Assembly (NCBI GenBank): GCA_038087875.1
Contig: JAXLNO010000674.1
Span: forward strand, 124,001 to 188,000
DNA: 64,000 nucleotides
DNA from: Malacoraja senta
Taxonomy: Eukaryota
Direction of reading: 5' to 3'
This document shows positions 13,331-25,609 of the stretch, piece after piece (within the stretch, counting starts at the first letter, position 1; each line of letters opens with the position of its first letter). The notes beneath the pieces are model-generated. The model saw nothing but the letters and a program-made list of their open reading frames with translations, was not told the DNA's origin and searched no databases. A program made the translations under genes and the position numbers.

Positions 13331-14339
13331 TTAAAAACCACTAAAATTAATGATTTATTGCAAGTAGCTAGATTCAAACTATTTAAACTACTGAAGACGG
13401 GTCCTGACTCCAAACATTACCTGTCCATTCCAGCCACAGATGCTGCCTGACTCACTGAGTTCCTCCAGTATTTCATTGCTCAAGATTCCAACATGTCGCG
13501 ATATTAACTACTTGTTTGAATAACACTGTTGTTTGGTATTTTTATGATATTTTTACGGGTAGAAAAGGATAGTAATTCATTAATGCATGCAGGAATAGTA
13601 TTATTAAAATTGACTTTAGTAAAATACCGAACACACTGGCAATATGCAGTAGGTCAGGCCTCATCTGTGGGCAGGAAGCAGAGCTAATGTTTCAGGCCAG
13701 AGACCCTTCAGGACTGGGAAGGAGGAGAAAGAGGAAAGGAGGAACTGAAGATGCTGATTAACAAAAAATACACAGTTTTGGAATAACTCAGTGGGACGGG
13801 CAGCATTACTGGAGAGCGTGGGATGCTAAGGTTTTGGGTCAGGACCATTCTTCAAACTGATTGTGGGGGTAAATAAAGCTGGAGAGAGGAGGGGCAGAAC
13901 AAAGTATGGCAAATGATAGGTGATAGATACCAAAATGAGTGAGCAGTCTGAACTACTATCTGCATCATTTGTGACCCTCGGACTTTCTTTGATCGGACTT
14001 TACTGGCTTTACCTGCTTAAATGTTATTCCTCATCATGTATCTCTACACTGTAAATGGTTAGTTTGTAATCATGTATTGTCTTTACGCTGACTGGTTAGC
14101 AGGCAACAAAGCTTTTCACTGTACCTCTGTACACGTAACAATAAACTAAACTAAAATGTCGCAGAGAGGATTTTCCGACAACAAAGGCCAGAGATGAAAA
14201 GACAAAAGGAATTAAAGAATGGTGTTTTGTGAAAAATAGAGGAATGGATGAAGGGGACGGGGGAGGGCAGAAATAGATGCAAGTCCAGATGGGGCACAGG
14301 GGAGGGGAAGAAATGGGGGGTAGGTTACCTAAAATTCCC

Positions 14340-15240
14340 ATCACTTCCCACACAAACCATCGCATCCCAGGTAATCTCCCCTGCAACTGCGGCTGTAACA
14401 TCTGTTCCTGTACCTCTCTGTGGTCTGCCTCGAGGGACCATAGCAGTCCTTCTAGGTGAGACAAGACGTTCTTGTACACCTTCTCTAAACTGATCTATTG
14501 CATCCGGTGTTCCCAATGTGGCCTCCTGTATATCGACGAGACCAAGCATTGACTCCACGACCATTTCGCCGAAACTGGATCTGCCATGGACTTCTGCACT
14601 GGATCTCCTGGTTGCTAACCGTTTGAACTTCCTTTCCCATTGCCATATTGACCTTTCTGTTTTGGGTCTCCTCCATTGCCAGTGTGAGGTCACATGCAAA
14701 CAGACCCTAATATTCATCTTGGGTAGCTTTCAACCTGATGGTGTGAACATTGAACTCGCCAATTTTAGGAAACCTAAGCCCTACTCTCCTCCTCCTCCTC
14801 CCCTTTCTCCCCCACACCCATATTTCTCCCCACTGTTGCCCCCCTCCCCTGTAGCCCACCTGGACTTGCACCTATTTCCCTCCTGTCCCCCTTCCTCCTA
14901 AATTTGCCATTTGCAACTTTTCAATTATTTTGTTGCACACCTTCTGTATTTTTATCTCTGGCCCTTGTCCAATAACCTCCGTATCAACTCCCCCCTTTAC
15001 CGCCTCCTCACATATGTTCACATATTACCTGCCCCTCCTTTCATCCAGTTTCCTTCATCTCCCCCTCCCCCTCCCCTCTACAATGCCCATACCACCCTCA
15101 CCCCAACCTCCCACAATGAGTCTGAAGAAGGATCCTGTTCCACAACACCACATATCCATGTTTTCTAGTGATACTGCCCGACCCGTCGAGTTGTCCCAGC
15201 ACTTTGTGTCTTTTTCCAGGAGAAAAAAAAGAAGCATGTT
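14340..15240 (+). mobile_element. Penelope-like element fragment (GIY-YIG remnant plus pseudo-LTR)
   Basis: Homologous to 3130-3900 (ccctgcaactgc, ctgatctattgcatccggtg, gacctttctgttttggg) but heavily decayed. Confidence 0.8.
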
Positions 15241-16730
15241 AAGCTGCAGGAAGTGTGGGGGAGGGAGAATGTCTTTCAATGATAGACACAGAAAGCTGGA
15301 GTAACTCAGCGGGACAGGCAGCATCTCTGGAGAGATGTAATGGGTGACATTTCGGGTCGAAACCCCTTTTCAGACTTTCCAAAGCCTTATCTGGTAGAAT
15401 TTAATGAGATAGACATCTGTTTGTGGTCGAATGCATTATCTGAAAGCTGAATGTAAATTGTACTCTTAAGGCTTTACAATACGTCATTGGTAAAAATGTG
15501 CATGGATTGAGCATATCGGCTTAATTGTCCTCCTGCTTTGAAGGAAAGCTCACAGCATGTCTGAATTGCATGTCTCAATTCAAAACTCCTTAGATTCTGG
15601 AGTAGTTCCTGAGGACTGGAGGGTAGCTAATGTAACCCCACTTTTTAAAAAGGGAGGGAGAGAGAAAACGGGGAATTACAGACCAGTTAGTCTAACATCG
15701 GTAGCGGGGAAACTGCTAGAGTCAGTTATTAAAGATGGGATAGCAGCACATTTGGAAAATGGTGAAATCATTGGACAAATTCAGCATGGATTTATGAAAG
15801 GTAAATCATGTCTGACAAATCTTATATAATTTTTCGAGAATGTAACTAGTAGAGTGGATAAGGGAGAACCAGTGGATGTGTTATATCTGGACTTTCAGAA
15901 GGCTTTCGACAAGGTCCCACATAAGAGATTAGCATACAAACTTAAAGCACATGGTATTGGGGGTTCAGTATTGATGTGGATAGAGAACTGCCTGGCAGAC
16001 AGGAAGCAAAGTGTAGGAGTAAATGGGTCCTTTTCAGAATGGCAGGCAGTGACTAGTGGGGTGCCGCAAGGCTCAGTGCTGGGACCCCAGCTATTTACAA
16101 TATATATTAATGATTTGGAAAAGGGAATTGAATGCAACATCTCCAAGTTTGGGGATGACACGAAGCTGGAGGGGGGGCAGTGTTAGTGTTAGCTGTGAGG
16201 AGGGTGCTAGGAGGCTGCAAGATGACTTGTATAGGCTGGGTGAGTTGGCAAATGCATGGCAGATGCAGTATAATGTGGATAAATGTGAGGTTATCCACTT
16301 TGGTGGCAAAAACAGGAAAGTAGACTATTACCTGAATGGTGGCCGATTAGGAAAAGGGGAGATGCAACGAGACCTGGGTGTCATGGTACACCAGTCATTG
16401 AAAGTAGGCATGCAGGTGCAGCAGGCAGTGAAGAAAGCAAATGGTATGTTTGCATTCATAGCAAAAGGATTTGAGTATAGGAGGAGGGAGGTTCTACTGC
16501 AGTTGTACAGGGCCTTGGTGAGACCACACCTGGAGTATTGCGTACAGTTTTGGTCTCCTAATCTGAGGAAGGACATTCTTGCCATAGAGGGAGTACAGAG
16601 AAGGTTCACCAGACTGATTCCTGGGATGTCAGGACTTTCATATGAAGAAAGACTGGATAGACTCGGCTTGTACCCGCTAGAATTTAGAAGATTGAGGGTG
16701 GGATCTTATAGAAACTTACAAAATACTTAA

Positions 16731-17240
16731 AGGCTCTGTCCCACGGGTTTGCGGTCGTTGGCGGTGAAGCGCGGCGTCGCCAGAAGAGGAGACCGCACGG
16801 CGACCACGAGAACGCCGCACGGATGCTGCGCGGGGGGCCAAGTACGGCCGATTCAACGAGCTTGCGGTTTCGGCTGATGACGTCTTTCGGATCGCGGGGC
16901 TGTGGCGGCGGCCGTGCCGCACACGTACCTCACTGTCGGCGGCCGTGCCGCAAACGTACCTCACTGGCGGCGGCTGTGGCGGCGGCCGTGCCGCACACGT
17001 CCCTCACTGGCGGCGGCTGTGGCGGTGCAGGTTCGACTCACGGCGCTCGTGCCTCACTGGCGGCAGCTGTGCGGTAGGAACATATTTTTGGACAGTGTTG
17101 TTTTTTTTTTAGCACCGTGGGAACAACGGCGCACGGCCCCGGAATTGTGCAGTTGACCGAGCCCGCCGTCTCTGGCGGCCCAGGAGCGGTAGATAGTTCC
17201 TGTTTCGCCGCCAATGACCGCAGACTCGTGAGACACGCCT
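16731..17240. mobile_element. GC-rich MITE with short imperfect TIRs and internal tandem repeats
   Basis: Inserted at CTTAAG of the CR1, with TTAA at 16727-16730 and 17241-17244. Ends are aggctctgtcccacg and cgtgagacacgcct. The TSD can be read as TTAA, TAA or TTA, so the superfamily (Harbinger or Kolobok) is ambiguous. Confidence 0.75.
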
Positions 17241-17495
17241 TTAAGGGGTTGGACAGGCTAGATGCAGGAAGATTGTTCCCGAAGTCCAGAACAAGGGGTC
17301 ACAGTTTAAGATAAAGGTGAAATCTTTTAGGACTGAGGTGAGAAAAACATTTTTTACACAGAGAGTGGTGAATCTCTGGAATTCTCTGCCACAGAATGTA
17401 GTTGAGGCCAGTTCATTGGCTATATTTAAGAGGGAGTTAGATGTGGCCCTTGTGGCTAAAGGGATCAGGGGGTATGGAGAGAATGCAGGTACAGG

Positions 17496-17622
17496 TCTGA
17501 AGAAGGGTTTCGGCCCGAAACGTTGCCTATTTCCTTCGCTCCATAGATGCTGCTGCACCCGTTGAGTTTCTCAGCATTTTTGTGTACCTTCGATTTTCCA
17601 GCATCTGCAGTTCCTTCTTTAA
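17496..17622 (+). mobile_element. 127-bp Penelope pseudo-LTR mini-element with hammerhead-ribozyme motif
   Basis: A 10-bp TSD, CAGGTACAGG, lies at 17486-17495 and 17623-17632. The element begins tCTGAAGAagggtTTCGgcccGAAAcgTT. A near-identical reverse copy is at about 26703-26829. Confidence 0.8.
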
Positions 17623-17944
17623 CAGGTACAGGACACTGAGTTGGATGATCAGCCATGATCATATTGAATGGCGGTGCAGGCTCGAAGGGCCGAATGGCCT
17701 ACTCCTGCACCTATTTTCTATGTTTCTATGCATGTGAACCTAGTATCATAAAAACAACTACTCTATGAACTCAGGAGGAAGAGTAACATCTTTGTAAGAA
17801 GGAACTGCAGATACTGGTTTACACTGAAGATAGACACAAAATGCTGGAGTAACTCAGTGGGTCATGCAGCATTTCTGGCAAAAAGAAATAGGTGACATTT
17901 AAGGTTGAGATCCTTCCTCACATCTTCAAGAGTCAAGAGTGTTA

Positions 17945-18690
17945 TAGACAATAGGTGCAGGAGAAGGCCATTTGGCCCTTCGAGCCAGCACCGCCATTCA
18001 ATGTGATCATGGCTGATCATCCCCAATAAGTACCCCATTCCTGCCTTCTCCCCATATCCCCTGACTCTGCTATTTTAAGAGCCCTATCTAGCTCTCCCTT
18101 GAAAGCATCCAGAGAACCTGCCTCCACCGCCCGCTGAGGCAGAGAATTCCACAGACTCACCACTCTCTGTGAGAAAAAGTGTTTCCTCATCTCCGTTTTA
18201 AATGGCTTACTCCTTATTCTTAAACTGTGCCCCTGGTTCTGGACTCCCCCAACATCGGGAACATGTTTCCTGCCTCTAGCGTGTCCAAGCCCTTAACAAT
18301 CTTATATGTTTCAATGAGATATCCTCTCATCCTTCTAAACTCCAGAGTGTACAAGCCCAGCTGCTCCATTCTCTCATCATATGATAGTCCCGCCATCCCG
18401 GGAATTAACTTTCTAAACCTACGCTGCACTCCCTCAATAGCAAGAATGTCCTTCCTCAAATCAGAGAACCAAAGCACACAATACTGCAGGTGTGGTCTCA
18501 CTAGGGCTCTGTACAACTGCAGAAGGACCTCTTTGCTCCTATATTCGATTCCTCTTGTTATAAAGTCCAACATGCCATTCACTTTCTTCACTGCCTGCTG
18601 TACCTGCATGCTTACTTTCATAGACTGATATACAAGGATCCCCAGATCCCGTTGTACTTCCCCTTTTCCCAACTTGACGCCAGTTAGATA
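17945..18690 (-). mobile_element. CR1 LINE 3' fragment
   Basis: ORF 18220..18744 (LVRPHLQYCV..IEGVQRRF) plus a 3' UTR. Confidence 0.92.
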
Positions 18691-18954
18691 GTGTTTTATT
18701 GTCATATGTCCCAGATAGGACAATGAAATTCTTACTTGCTGCACAACAGAAGGGAATGAAATTTGGAGGGAATTAAATTTTTCACAATTATTTTTAACTG
18801 GTGCAGTAAGTTACTTCTATTATTCATAAACCATTTGCTGGAGTATGTAGTAATATTTTCAAAACAATATTTGAAATGGCATAAGACCAAGACTGCATGC
18901 GAAGTCATCTTCTGATACAGTTTAGGATTTGGCAGGAAATGCTAAAAATATGGT

Positions 18955-19230
18955 TAGGCACGGTGGTTTTACAGCGCAAGGGACCCGGGTTTGATTCTGA
19001 CTACGGTTTCTGTCTGCATGGAGTTTGTACGTACTTCCCATGACAGGCGCAGGTTTCCTCCGGGTGCTCCAGTTTCCTCCCACACTCCAATAACATACCA
19101 ATTTGCTCAGTAAAATTCTAAATTGTCCCGTGTGCATAGAATAGTGATAGTGTGCGGGGATCGCTGGTCGGCGAGGATTCAGTGGGGTGAAGGACCTGTT
19201 TCTGCACTGTATCTCGAAATTAAACTAAAT
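18955..19230 (+). mobile_element. V-SINE (HE1-like)
   Basis: Head ggcacggtgg, V-domain ctccgggtgctccagtttcctccca, and tail ctgtatctc. Confidence 0.85.
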
Positions 19231-20144
19231 ACCCAGAAAGCAAGGAAAAGTTCAACCTTAAGGAGAGGAAATCTGAATTCACGTTCTACACCTTCATCAT
19301 TTAATTTGTCAACTAAATTGTTGCAACTCTATTTACCTCCACAGATGCTGTTGGATCATTTCCAACATGTTATATTTCTGTGTCAAGTTTATAGCACCAC
19401 ATTATTTTACCTTATTTTCCACTGAAAACGGAAAGGTTGTTTGATAGATTTGTAATGTAATCATAGCCTAGAACATGGGTCCTTTGCTGATTAATATTGA
19501 GAGTCGAGTCCAGCAATACATTCCTCAGGGCTTGAGCAATTGTGCTCTTGACCTGCTGTGAATTTATCAGAGAGTAGAGTAAGGATGTGTAAAAGTGTAG
19601 TTATGCCGGCTGAAGTATATACATTTTTGAGATGGTAGAGAAAATGGGAAGATTAATCACTTCTGTTCAGAAGACATTTAACAAGGTTACACTTAAAGTG
19701 TTTATAAACATTTGTGAGGTAGGATCAGGTTATTTGACTGGAAGGTAATTTTCCCCAAGTGAATGTGGGTGATGGGAAAATTGACAGAGGAGGGAAAATA
19801 CTGTAGGTGCAGGAGTAGGCCATTCGGCCCTTCGAGCCAGCACCGCTATTCAATATGATCATAGCTGATCATCCAAAATCAGTACCCCGTTCATGCTTTT
19901 TACCCATATCCCTTGATTCCATTAGCCCTAAGAGCTAAATCTAACTCTATCTTGAAAACATCCAGTGAATTGGCCTCCACTGCCTTCTGTGGCAAAGAAT
20001 ACCACAGATATACAACTCTCTGGGTGAAAAAGATTTTCCTTATCTCACTCCTAAATGGTCTACTGCTTATATTTAAACTATGACGCAAGTTTCTGTGTTC
20101 GATGACTTTATTCTCCTCAGTGATTTGGTACACACGTTAATAGT

Positions 20145-21225
20145 TTAGTTTAGAGATATAGAGCAGAAACAGGCCCTTAGGCCCACCGAGTCTGCACCGG
20201 CCAGCGATTCCCGCATCTTAATGCTACCCTACACACAAACCAGGGACAATTTAATATTTACACCAAGCCCATTAACCTATAAACATGTACGTCTTCGGAG
20301 TGTGGGAGGAAATCGAAGGTTTTGGAGAAAACCCATGCAGGTCACAGGGAGAACGTACAACCTCCATACAGGTTTTTTGGAGGTGACACCATGTGTGTCA
20401 GCAGAAAGAGTAATCCCGGTGAAACATCGTACAATATACTTGGTACCACCCTTGAAGAATCCAAACAAACCAAGTATCTTGGCATCAAATTGCAGAATGA
20501 TCTGCGTTGGAATGGTCAGACTCATCATGCAACGGTGAAAGCAACAGGTGTCCTAAATTTTCTGAGGCGCAACTTTCATCATTGTTCAACTTCTGTCAAG
20601 GAGAAGCTATACTTCACCCTCGTTAGACCTCATTTGGACTACGCAGTTGCAGCATGGGACCCATACACAAATAAAAAAAATTCTTCCATCGAACGTGTCC
20701 AAAGACGGGCAGCTCGATTTGTTACTAACACCTATGAGAGAGAAGCGAGTGTTACCAAACTTCTGAATTCTCTGGGGTGGAAGGAACCCTCTCCAAGACA
20801 GACGTGAAGCTCACCGTTTGACCTGTTTTTACAAAATGTTAAATGGTCAGCTCGACATAGATTACAAGACCTTCACCAAACCGAAACCAATTAGGAGCAG
20901 ACGAGGACATTCGATCCAATTTGTGATTCCAGCTACCAAGACAGATGTGTACAGTAATTCGTTCTTCCCCCGCACAATTAAAGCATGGAATAATCTCCAC
21001 CCTACTTTAGTTACCCAACCAGATGCAACTAAATACAAGGTAGCTCTTTCTTCCCAAAAACCCTTTCTGGCTTAAGTCCTCCCTCCACCACCTCCAGTTT
21101 AAATTCCATTTGGAATATTTTGGAGGACCAAGAAACCAAGAACCAAGACAGCACCTATAGCTAGGATCGAACCCGGGTCTCTGGCACTGTGAGGCAGTCA
21201 CTCTACCTCTACTGCACCGTGCCAC
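20145..21225 (-). mobile_element. V-SINE split by an L2/CR1-group LINE
   Basis: SINE sequence runs to ctccatacag at 20371 and resumes as acagcacc at 21148, reconstituting the consensus ctccgtacagacagcacc. Confidence 0.8.
20372..21147 (+). mobile_element. 5'-truncated L2/CR1-group LINE distinct from the local CR1 families
   Basis: Reads KYLGI..NDLRW..LRRNF..LVRPHLDYAVAAWDP..IERVQRRAARFV..LGW, then SFFPRTIKAWNNL, and ends in an (gaaccaa)n tail. Confidence 0.85.
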
Positions 21226-21243
21226 CCATAATAGTGCTGCCCA

Positions 21244-22175
21244 AAAGTCAAGAGAGTTTTATTGTCATGTGTCCCAGATACGACAATGAATACTTGCTTG
21301 CTGCAGCAAAACAGAATATGTAAACATAATACAGAGATAAAAGTTCAGTGTGTCTATATACCATAGACCATATATATACACAATAAATAAACAGATAAAG
21401 TGCAATAGGCTGTTATTGTTCAGAGTTTGTTTGATGTCTTGTTTAATTTCCTGATGGCTGTGGGGAAGAAGCTGTTCTTGAACCTGGATGTTCCAGATTT
21501 CAAGCTCCTGCACCTTCTTCCCGATGGCAATGGAGAGATGAGTGTGTGGTCAGGATGGTGTGGGTCTTTGATGATGTTGGCAGCCATTTTGAGGCAGCGA
21601 CTGCGATGGATCCCTTCGATGGAAGGGAGGTCAGAGCCGAAGATGGACTGGGCAGTAGTCACAAACTTTCTGGATTCTTTTCCGCTCCTGGACGTTCAAG
21701 TTGCCGAGCCAAGCCACGATGCAACCAGTCAGCATGCTCTCTACTGTGCACGTGTAGAAGTCCGAGAGAGACCTCCTTGACATACCAACTCTCTGTAACC
21801 TTCTCAGGAAGTAGAGGCGCTGCTGTGCCTTCTTTATAATTGCATCAGTGTGCTGGGAACTGGAAAGATCTTCGGAAATATGCACGCCCAGGAATTTGAA
21901 GTTCTTGACCCTTTCCACCATCGTCCCGGGATATAAACGGGATTGTGGGTTCCTATCCTACCTCTTCCAAAGTCCACAATCAGTTCCTTGGGTTTACTGG
22001 TGTTGAGGGCCGGGTTATTGTGCTGGCACCATTTGGTCAATCGGTCGATCTCACTAATATACTCTGACTCATCACCATCAGTGATTCGTCCCACAACAGT
22101 GGTGTCGTCGGCGAACTTGATGATGGAGTTCGGACTACGTCTGGCTACGCAGTCATGAGTTTAGAGTGAGTACAG
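21244..22175 (-). mobile_element. Rex1/Babar LINE 3' part
   Basis: Reads FKFLGVHISEDLS..KAQQRLYFLRRL..VESMLTGCIVAW and RRCRSLKSGTSRFKNSFFPTAIRKLN, with the tail gacaataaaactctcttgac. Confidence 0.88.
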
Positions 22176-22570
22176 AAGAACAGTTTTCTTCTTTTTCAGT
22201 CATCAATATTCTCACTAGAATGGGCCATAAAAAAGTACTTCCTGTGGAAAAAGTTCAGGAACGGGGGAAAAAGATTTAAACTAATTGGTCAACTAAATTG
22301 TAAAAGACAATGTAAAAAGAATACACATGTGATCCATGAACTAGTTCAAAGAGCTGCCTTGCCTCAGCCACCATCCACTGAATGCTGCCGAGTGGTGTAT
22401 TTGTGGGATAATTTGTAGGATTGCATGGAATAAAAATATACATCAATCATAAATGATTTAAATGGCACAGAGGATGACAGGTTTTATTTACACTCTATTT
22501 GTAAACACAGAACAATGCTGCACAAGGCATGATGTGCAGGAAGGAACTGCTGATGCTGGTTAAAACTCTC

Positions 22571-23261
22571 CAGTGAGTCCCTCAGCATGTACTCCTGCAG
22601 TCTGGAATGGACAGATGATGTTTTGGGTCAGATGCTTCTTCAGACTGATTGTAATAGAGGGCTGAAAAAGAGATGTGGGGCTGGGTCAAAGCCTGGCAAG
22701 TGATACAGGTGATAAGACACAAAAAGCTGGAGTAACTCAGCAGGACAGGCAGCATCTCTGGAGAGAAGGAATGGGTGATGTTTCTGGTCGAGACCCCTCT
22801 TCAGACCCTTTGTCTCTTTTTCACCTCTAGCCGTTGCCACTTACTCCACCTGTCTATTTATCAAAATCCATTCTCTAGTCGCACCAGCTTCTCGTTTTCA
22901 CCCAACAAATAACTTACAATGGCCTGTTTCCTTTATCATCGTTACTTTTTTGCATATCTTTCATTCATTGTTCTTTATCTCTCTACATCATTTTCTATAT
23001 CTCTTGTTTCCCTTATCCGCAACTAGTCTGAAGAAGAATCTCGACCTGAAAAGTCACCCATTCCTTCTCTCCAGAGATGCTGCCTGTCCCACTGAGTTAC
23101 TTCAGCATTTTATGTCTTATCACCTGTATCACTTGCCAGGCTTTGTCCCAGCCCCACATCTCTTTTTCAGCTTTCTATTACAATCAGTCTGAAGAAGTGT
23201 CTGACCCAAAACATCATCTGTCCATTCCAGACTGCAGGAGTACGCGCTGAGGGACTCACTG
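22571..23261. repeat. Long inverted repeat (arms 22571-22806 and 23026-23261, about 236 bp each) built from Penelope pseudo-LTR sequence
   Basis: cagtgagtccctcagc...tcttcagac is the reverse complement of gtctgaaga...gctgagggactcactg, separated by a spacer of about 220 bp. Confidence 0.88.
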
Positions 23262-23944
23262 AAGCTTGTTGCAGCCAACACCAAGGCTCAGTGGAGGTCT
23301 ACAGTCTAGGGTCCTTCGTGGCAATACATTGGGGGGCTGCAACTGGTGAAGACGCCCCTCAAACAAGGGAAGGGCTATTAACCCAGGAGGGCTATACAAG
23401 TGGCAAGGGTGCTTGATATAAGGATAGTTTGTGAACACAACCGAAAATAACCGTAATTAATTCATGTGTGGACACTGAGAATGGCAGAAACGTTTTTTTG
23501 CCCTGTTCTTATTTTGTATATATTTAATTATTCTGAATAATATTTATCTTTGGTGGGGAAAAAATCCCTCCAGATATTACCTGACCTGCTGAGTCTCTGC
23601 AGCCCTTTGTGTTTTGCAGTGGATAGTATATATGATGTGGATGTGAATATTGGTGGTTTGATTAGTAGGTTTGCAGATGACGTACATTGAAGAAGGTAGT
23701 CTATGGTTCCAGTGGGATACAGATTAGCTAGAGAGCTGGATGGAGCAATAACAGAAGGAATGTAATCCAGACATGTGTGAAGTTGTGCGTGTCGGCATGT
23801 CATGTTCTAGTAGGACATAAAAGGTAAGAACCTGAGGGGTGTTAATATACAGAGAGTCCTTGGGTTGCAAGTTCATAGTTACCTGAAAACGCCGACAAGG
23901 GTAGACAGGAAAGCAAAGAATGCACTTTGACATGCTTGTCCACT

Positions 23945-24530
23945 TAGACATAGAAACATATAGAATTGGTGCAGGAGTAGGCCATTTGGCCCTTCAAGCC
24001 AGCACCACCATTCAATATGGTCATGGGTGATCAACCAGAATCAGTACCCTGTTCATGCTTTCTCCCCATATCCCTTGATTTCGTTAACCCTAAGAGCTGA
24101 CTCTCTCTTGAATACATTCAGTGAATTGGTCTCCGCTGCCTTCTGTGGCAGAGAATTCTACAGATTCACAACACTCTAGGTGAAAAGGTTTTCCCCATCT
24201 CAATCCTAAATGGCCTACCCCTTATTCGTAAACTGTGACCCCCTGGTTCTGGACTCCCCCAACATTGAGAATATTTTTACTGCATCTAGTCTGTCAAATC
24301 CCTTATTAGTATTCTTTTTCTATCAGATTCCCTCTCATCCTTCTGAATTCCAGTGAATATAATCCCAGTCGATTCATTCTTTTATTATATGTCAGTCCTG
24401 CCATCCCGGGAATTAAGCTGGTGAACTTTGCTGCACTCCTTCAATAGCAAGAACGTCCTTCTTCAAACTAGGCGACCAAGACTGCACAAAATACTCCAGC
24501 TGCAGTCTCACCAGGGCCCTGTATAACTGA
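23945..24530 (-). mobile_element. CR1 LINE 3' fragment
   Basis: Tail tagacatagaaacata and CR1 3' UTR and ORF2-end sequence homologous to 690-1260. Confidence 0.85.
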
Positions 24531-25609
24531 ATAGACTCTGGCATCAAGTATAAGAGTTGAGAAATCGAACAAAACATTGGTTAGGCTGCACATGGAGTAT
24601 TGCGTAGAGTTCTGATCGCTCCACTACTAACATTACTGTGCGGGGATCACTGGTTGGCGTGGGCTGAAGGGCCTGTTTCTGCAATGTATCTCTAAACTAA
24701 AAAGGATGTGATGGCATCAAAAGTAGTGCAGAAGGGTTTTGCCAGGTTGTTGCCTGGAATAGAGGTCTGGTGTTATGTGAAGAGATTGGATAGGCTGCAT
24801 TTATTCTCATTAGAATGCAGGAGTGAAATAATGAGGGCTATAGATTGTGTCGGAAGGATCTGCAGATGCAGGTTTAAACTGAAGAAAGACACAAAAAGCT
24901 GGAGTAACTCAGTGGGACAGGCAGCATCACTGGAGAGAAGGAATGGGTGACATTTTGGGTCGACATCCTTCTTCAGGAAGGATTAACAGATGTTGGTTTA
25001 CACCGAAGACAGACATTAAATGCTGGAGTAACTCAGCAGGACAGGCAGCATCTTTGGAGGGAAGGAATGAGTGACGTTTCTAAACATCATCCATTCCTTC
25101 TCTCCATAAATACTGCCTGCCCTGCTGAGTTACTCCAGCATTTTGTGTCTATCTTTGGGGTATAGATAGGATAGAGAGTAACTGTCTCTTTCCCGGGGCA
25201 GTGGAGACTAGAACTGGAGGTTTAAGGTGATGGGAGAGAAATGTCAAGGGGATCTGAGCAGACGTTTCTCACCACAGTAGTTATCTGGAATGAGCTGCAG
25301 GGGAGATGGTAGAGGCAGATATAATCACAATGTCTATAAAGCATTTGGACTTTTGGTAGGAAAGTCAGGGAGGGATAATGGCGTAATTCATGTAATTGTA
25401 GATAAACATCTCGGTCAGCATAGACAAGATTTGGGCAAATGGGCCTGTTTATATGCTGCATGATTCAGTTTATTTTAAGATTCTTTCTGTGGTTTTCATG
25501 TTGCTATCTCTATTAGCCAGAATAAGCACTGAAAATGGCTATCAATCAGTCTACACCAGAGAGACCACTGCGTGAACCAAAGGAAGTGAGATATGTAAAA
25601 TAGGTTCTT

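Larger units (their letters stand above)
15570..17730 (+). mobile_element. CR1 LINE (family A) interrupted by a MITE (16731-17240) and a Penelope mini-element (17496-17622)
   Basis: RT ORFs 15557..16730 are nearly identical to those at 763-1893 and 33006-34373. The coding sequence resumes at 17241, and a (ctatgttt)n tail lies at about 17715-17730. Confidence 0.95.

Noticed and set aside
16716-17314. Cluster of Arg/Ala/Gly-rich ORFs (likewise 35349-35807, 37401-37980 and 48535-48832)
   Set aside because: These are stop-poor readings of GC-rich or simple repeats with no domain signature.
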